From assembly GCF_036971445.1 (NCBI RefSeq), contig NC_091473.1:130944001-131008000 (forward strand): 64,000 nt of DNA, in the 5' to 3' direction. The stretch is from Narcine bancroftii (Eukaryota). The notes beneath the pieces are model-generated. The model saw only the letters and a list, made by a program, of their open reading frames with translations. It was not told where the DNA came from and ran no database searches. Positions within the stretch are counted from its first letter, which is position 1. Every line of letters starts with the position of its first letter. The position numbers were made by a program, and so were the translations under genes. Below are positions 61,813 to 64,000 of this stretch, in pieces.

Positions 61813-62292
61813 TTTCAGGTTTTGCCTCTTCAGGCAAAGGCTAGGAGAAGGTAACTCTGACTTCAAATCCCCGGGCTTGGCGCGCCCAGCCGTCTGTAGC
61901 TGGAAAGGGCCCCATCTATGGGAAAGCAGCACATGTCAATCTGGCAGCAGGGGCTGGTAGCTGTGACAGAGCGCGGGGAAAGTTTCCCTAGCGGTCTGCA
62001 GCAGCAAACTCAGTGGGCAAAGGATCCTTAAGGACAACGGCTGGCGAGCACGGTCTTGGAACAGACCACTGCAGGGCAATCCCGTGTCAGTCTGGCTGTC
62101 GTGCCTCGCACTCCACAGGCCCAGTGGACCAGAGGGAGGCATTTGTCCTGGGCAAGCTCTCGCCTCCAAGTCCTTGCCCCGGCACATGGTGCCTAGGGCT
62201 CCATGGAAAACAGAATAAAAGTTCTATGAGGACAGAAGAGCTACAAGGCACCGTGTTCATCTTTGCTTGTGAAGGGATGGGCATGAGATGAG
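61813..62292 (+). mobile_element. Probable non-coding RTE-derived (5'-UTR-like) retroposon
   Basis: CTAGGAGAAGGTAACTCTGA resembles RTE 5'-UTR motifs as recalled; (ATGAG)2 tail; possible AAACC TSD. Confidence 0.45.
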
Positions 62293-62454
62293 AAACCATG
62301 CTGATAATGTGAAATCCAAATAAGAAAATCAGAAACAGATTTAACATTGCAGACCAATAAGCTGGTTCCAATATTTCCTGCTTTTAACGTTGTTGGAAGA
62401 TACAAATGAAAGATGTTATTAAAAAAGTGTTCAGAACTTGTGTTGCATTCGTTC

Positions 62455-63110
62455 ATTTATCATCCAATTATCCCAGAACAACCTGATGAAACAGCATTCT
62501 TCGGTTCACAGTGCAAAACAGTGCAAGTGCAATACAGATATAACAGGCAGACATATATATTTAAAATAAAAATTACTAATAGATAGTGGAGTCTCGGTGA
62601 GTTGTTTTAGCAATTCATTGGTCATTCGGCATCTCACTGCTCATGGGAAAATACTGTTCCTCAGCCTAGGTGTTCTGGCTCTGATACTTCTATATCTCTT
62701 TCCCAATGGGAGTAGCTGCATGTGGGATTATAAGGGTCCTCACTGCTTTTACGAGCCCTCTTCAAATAGCAGTTCTGGTAAATTACATCGATGGGGGAAG
62801 GGAGACCCCAGTGATCAACTCTGCTGCTACTATGGTCCTGTGGATTGACCTCTGATCCAATACTCTACAGCAACTGTACCATACTGTGAAGAAGCCAGCC
62901 AGGATGCTCTCGATAGAGTTCCGGTATAAGGTTGACAGAATGGTGGCTGGACACCTGGCTTGCATCAGTCTTCTTAAGAAGTGCACTCGCTGTGGTACCT
63001 TCCCGACGAGTGAGGAGATCTTGTGTATCCATGATCGTTCACTGGTTAAGGGAACTCTAAGGAACTTGGTGCTCTCCCCTCTCTTCATTACAAAATGATT
63101 GATATGTAGT
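62455..63110 (-). mobile_element. Rex1/Babar-type LINE 3' part
   Basis: ORF 62783-63259 (KFLRV, QRVHFLRRL, IESILAGFFTVWY, ITGVSLP). Confidence 0.85.
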
Positions 63111-63619
63111 TCACAACTATGGACAGTGCTCATTGAAATTCTTCTTTGTAATAATGGTCCTTGCCCACTTTGGCTGGTCAGTCCTGGATCCAACAAACAA
63201 ATGAGGTAATCTGTCTCCAAATTCAACCTGAAGAAGAAGAAGAAGACTTGAGAGATCATTGGTTTATTTTTTTAACTTAGCAAACTATTAACGTCCAGTA
63301 GATAAAGCATAGAACTAACATTGACTTGTACAGCACTGAAATGGACCCTTTGACCCATTACATCCATGGTGACCCTTCTGCCTATTCACACTAATCCCAT
63401 TGGAATGGGATTGAATCAAAATGGCACCTTGTATGTTATACCCTCACTTGAACAATAGTTTTCAAGTTCATGATAGCTCTCAAGTTAATTACATTCTCCA
63501 ATGCCATGGTATCATAAACATCTAAATAAAGTGACAGCCTGTGTACATACATATCATTCCTTAAACTGTGTTGGACAGATACACTACTGAAGTCACATTT
63601 CAAAATTGGACTCTGGCTT

Positions 63620-63960
63620 CTTTTTAAACTTTATTTATTTGAAGAATCATTAATACAAACTACATTCCATAAAGAAAAGACATTAAAAAAAATTTAAAAA
63701 AGACAACTAAAAAAATTGTTTAAATCCCCACCCCTTCCTACCCCATCAGCCAACACTTTTAAGGAGAGCTAAAAATATATAAACATAAACTAAAAGTATA
63801 TAATAAATCAAAATATATCTAAATGCATATATTCCAAACCTAATCCCCTTAAAGGAATCATATAACCCATTAAAAAAAATAGATGGATCTAATGGCAACT
63901 TAAAATTATTTTTTTTTTTCCAAATTTAACTTAATTTCATCCCAGAATGGTTGTACATAC
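63620..63960 (-). mobile_element. Probable L1 3' UTR and ORF2 terminus fragment
   Basis: T-run/TTTATT start, C-rich patch and A-rich composition like 52305-52560. Confidence 0.5.
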
Positions 63961-64000
63961 ATGCAAGACCAAACAACATGTAAAAGAGTTCCAGTACATA

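Noticed and set aside
62482-62495. CTGATGA-AAC as a hammerhead core
   Set aside because: No stem II between the motifs; it is part of a Rex1-like 3' UTR.

Overview
Eukaryotic, vertebrate-type genomic DNA dominated by decayed transposable elements. The V-SINE/HE1-like SINEs with CR1-type tails, abundant CR1, L1, Rex1/Babar and Penelope remnants suggest a cartilaginous fish (inference). No intact host gene is recognisable; there are only a few short candidate exons. Contents: two L1-type LINEs plus 3' fragments; nested CR1s; RTE and Rex1 fragments; two full-length decayed Gypsy LTR elements; two solo-LTR families; a complete 5-kb hAT transposon with a perfect 8-bp TSD and a nested Charlie-type element; piggyBac-, Tip100- and Harbinger-like non-autonomous elements; and two assembly gaps. 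The most interesting signal is in the Gypsy at 46298-50710. It has no recognisable tRNA primer-binding site. Instead the ~44 nt right after the 5' LTR, which also carry the gag start, are the near-perfect reverse complement of the predicted first ~43 nt of its own transcript. This suggests self-priming with an unusually long fold-back that would also sequester the poly(A) signal and the gag AUG. All coordinates and alignments were read by eye.
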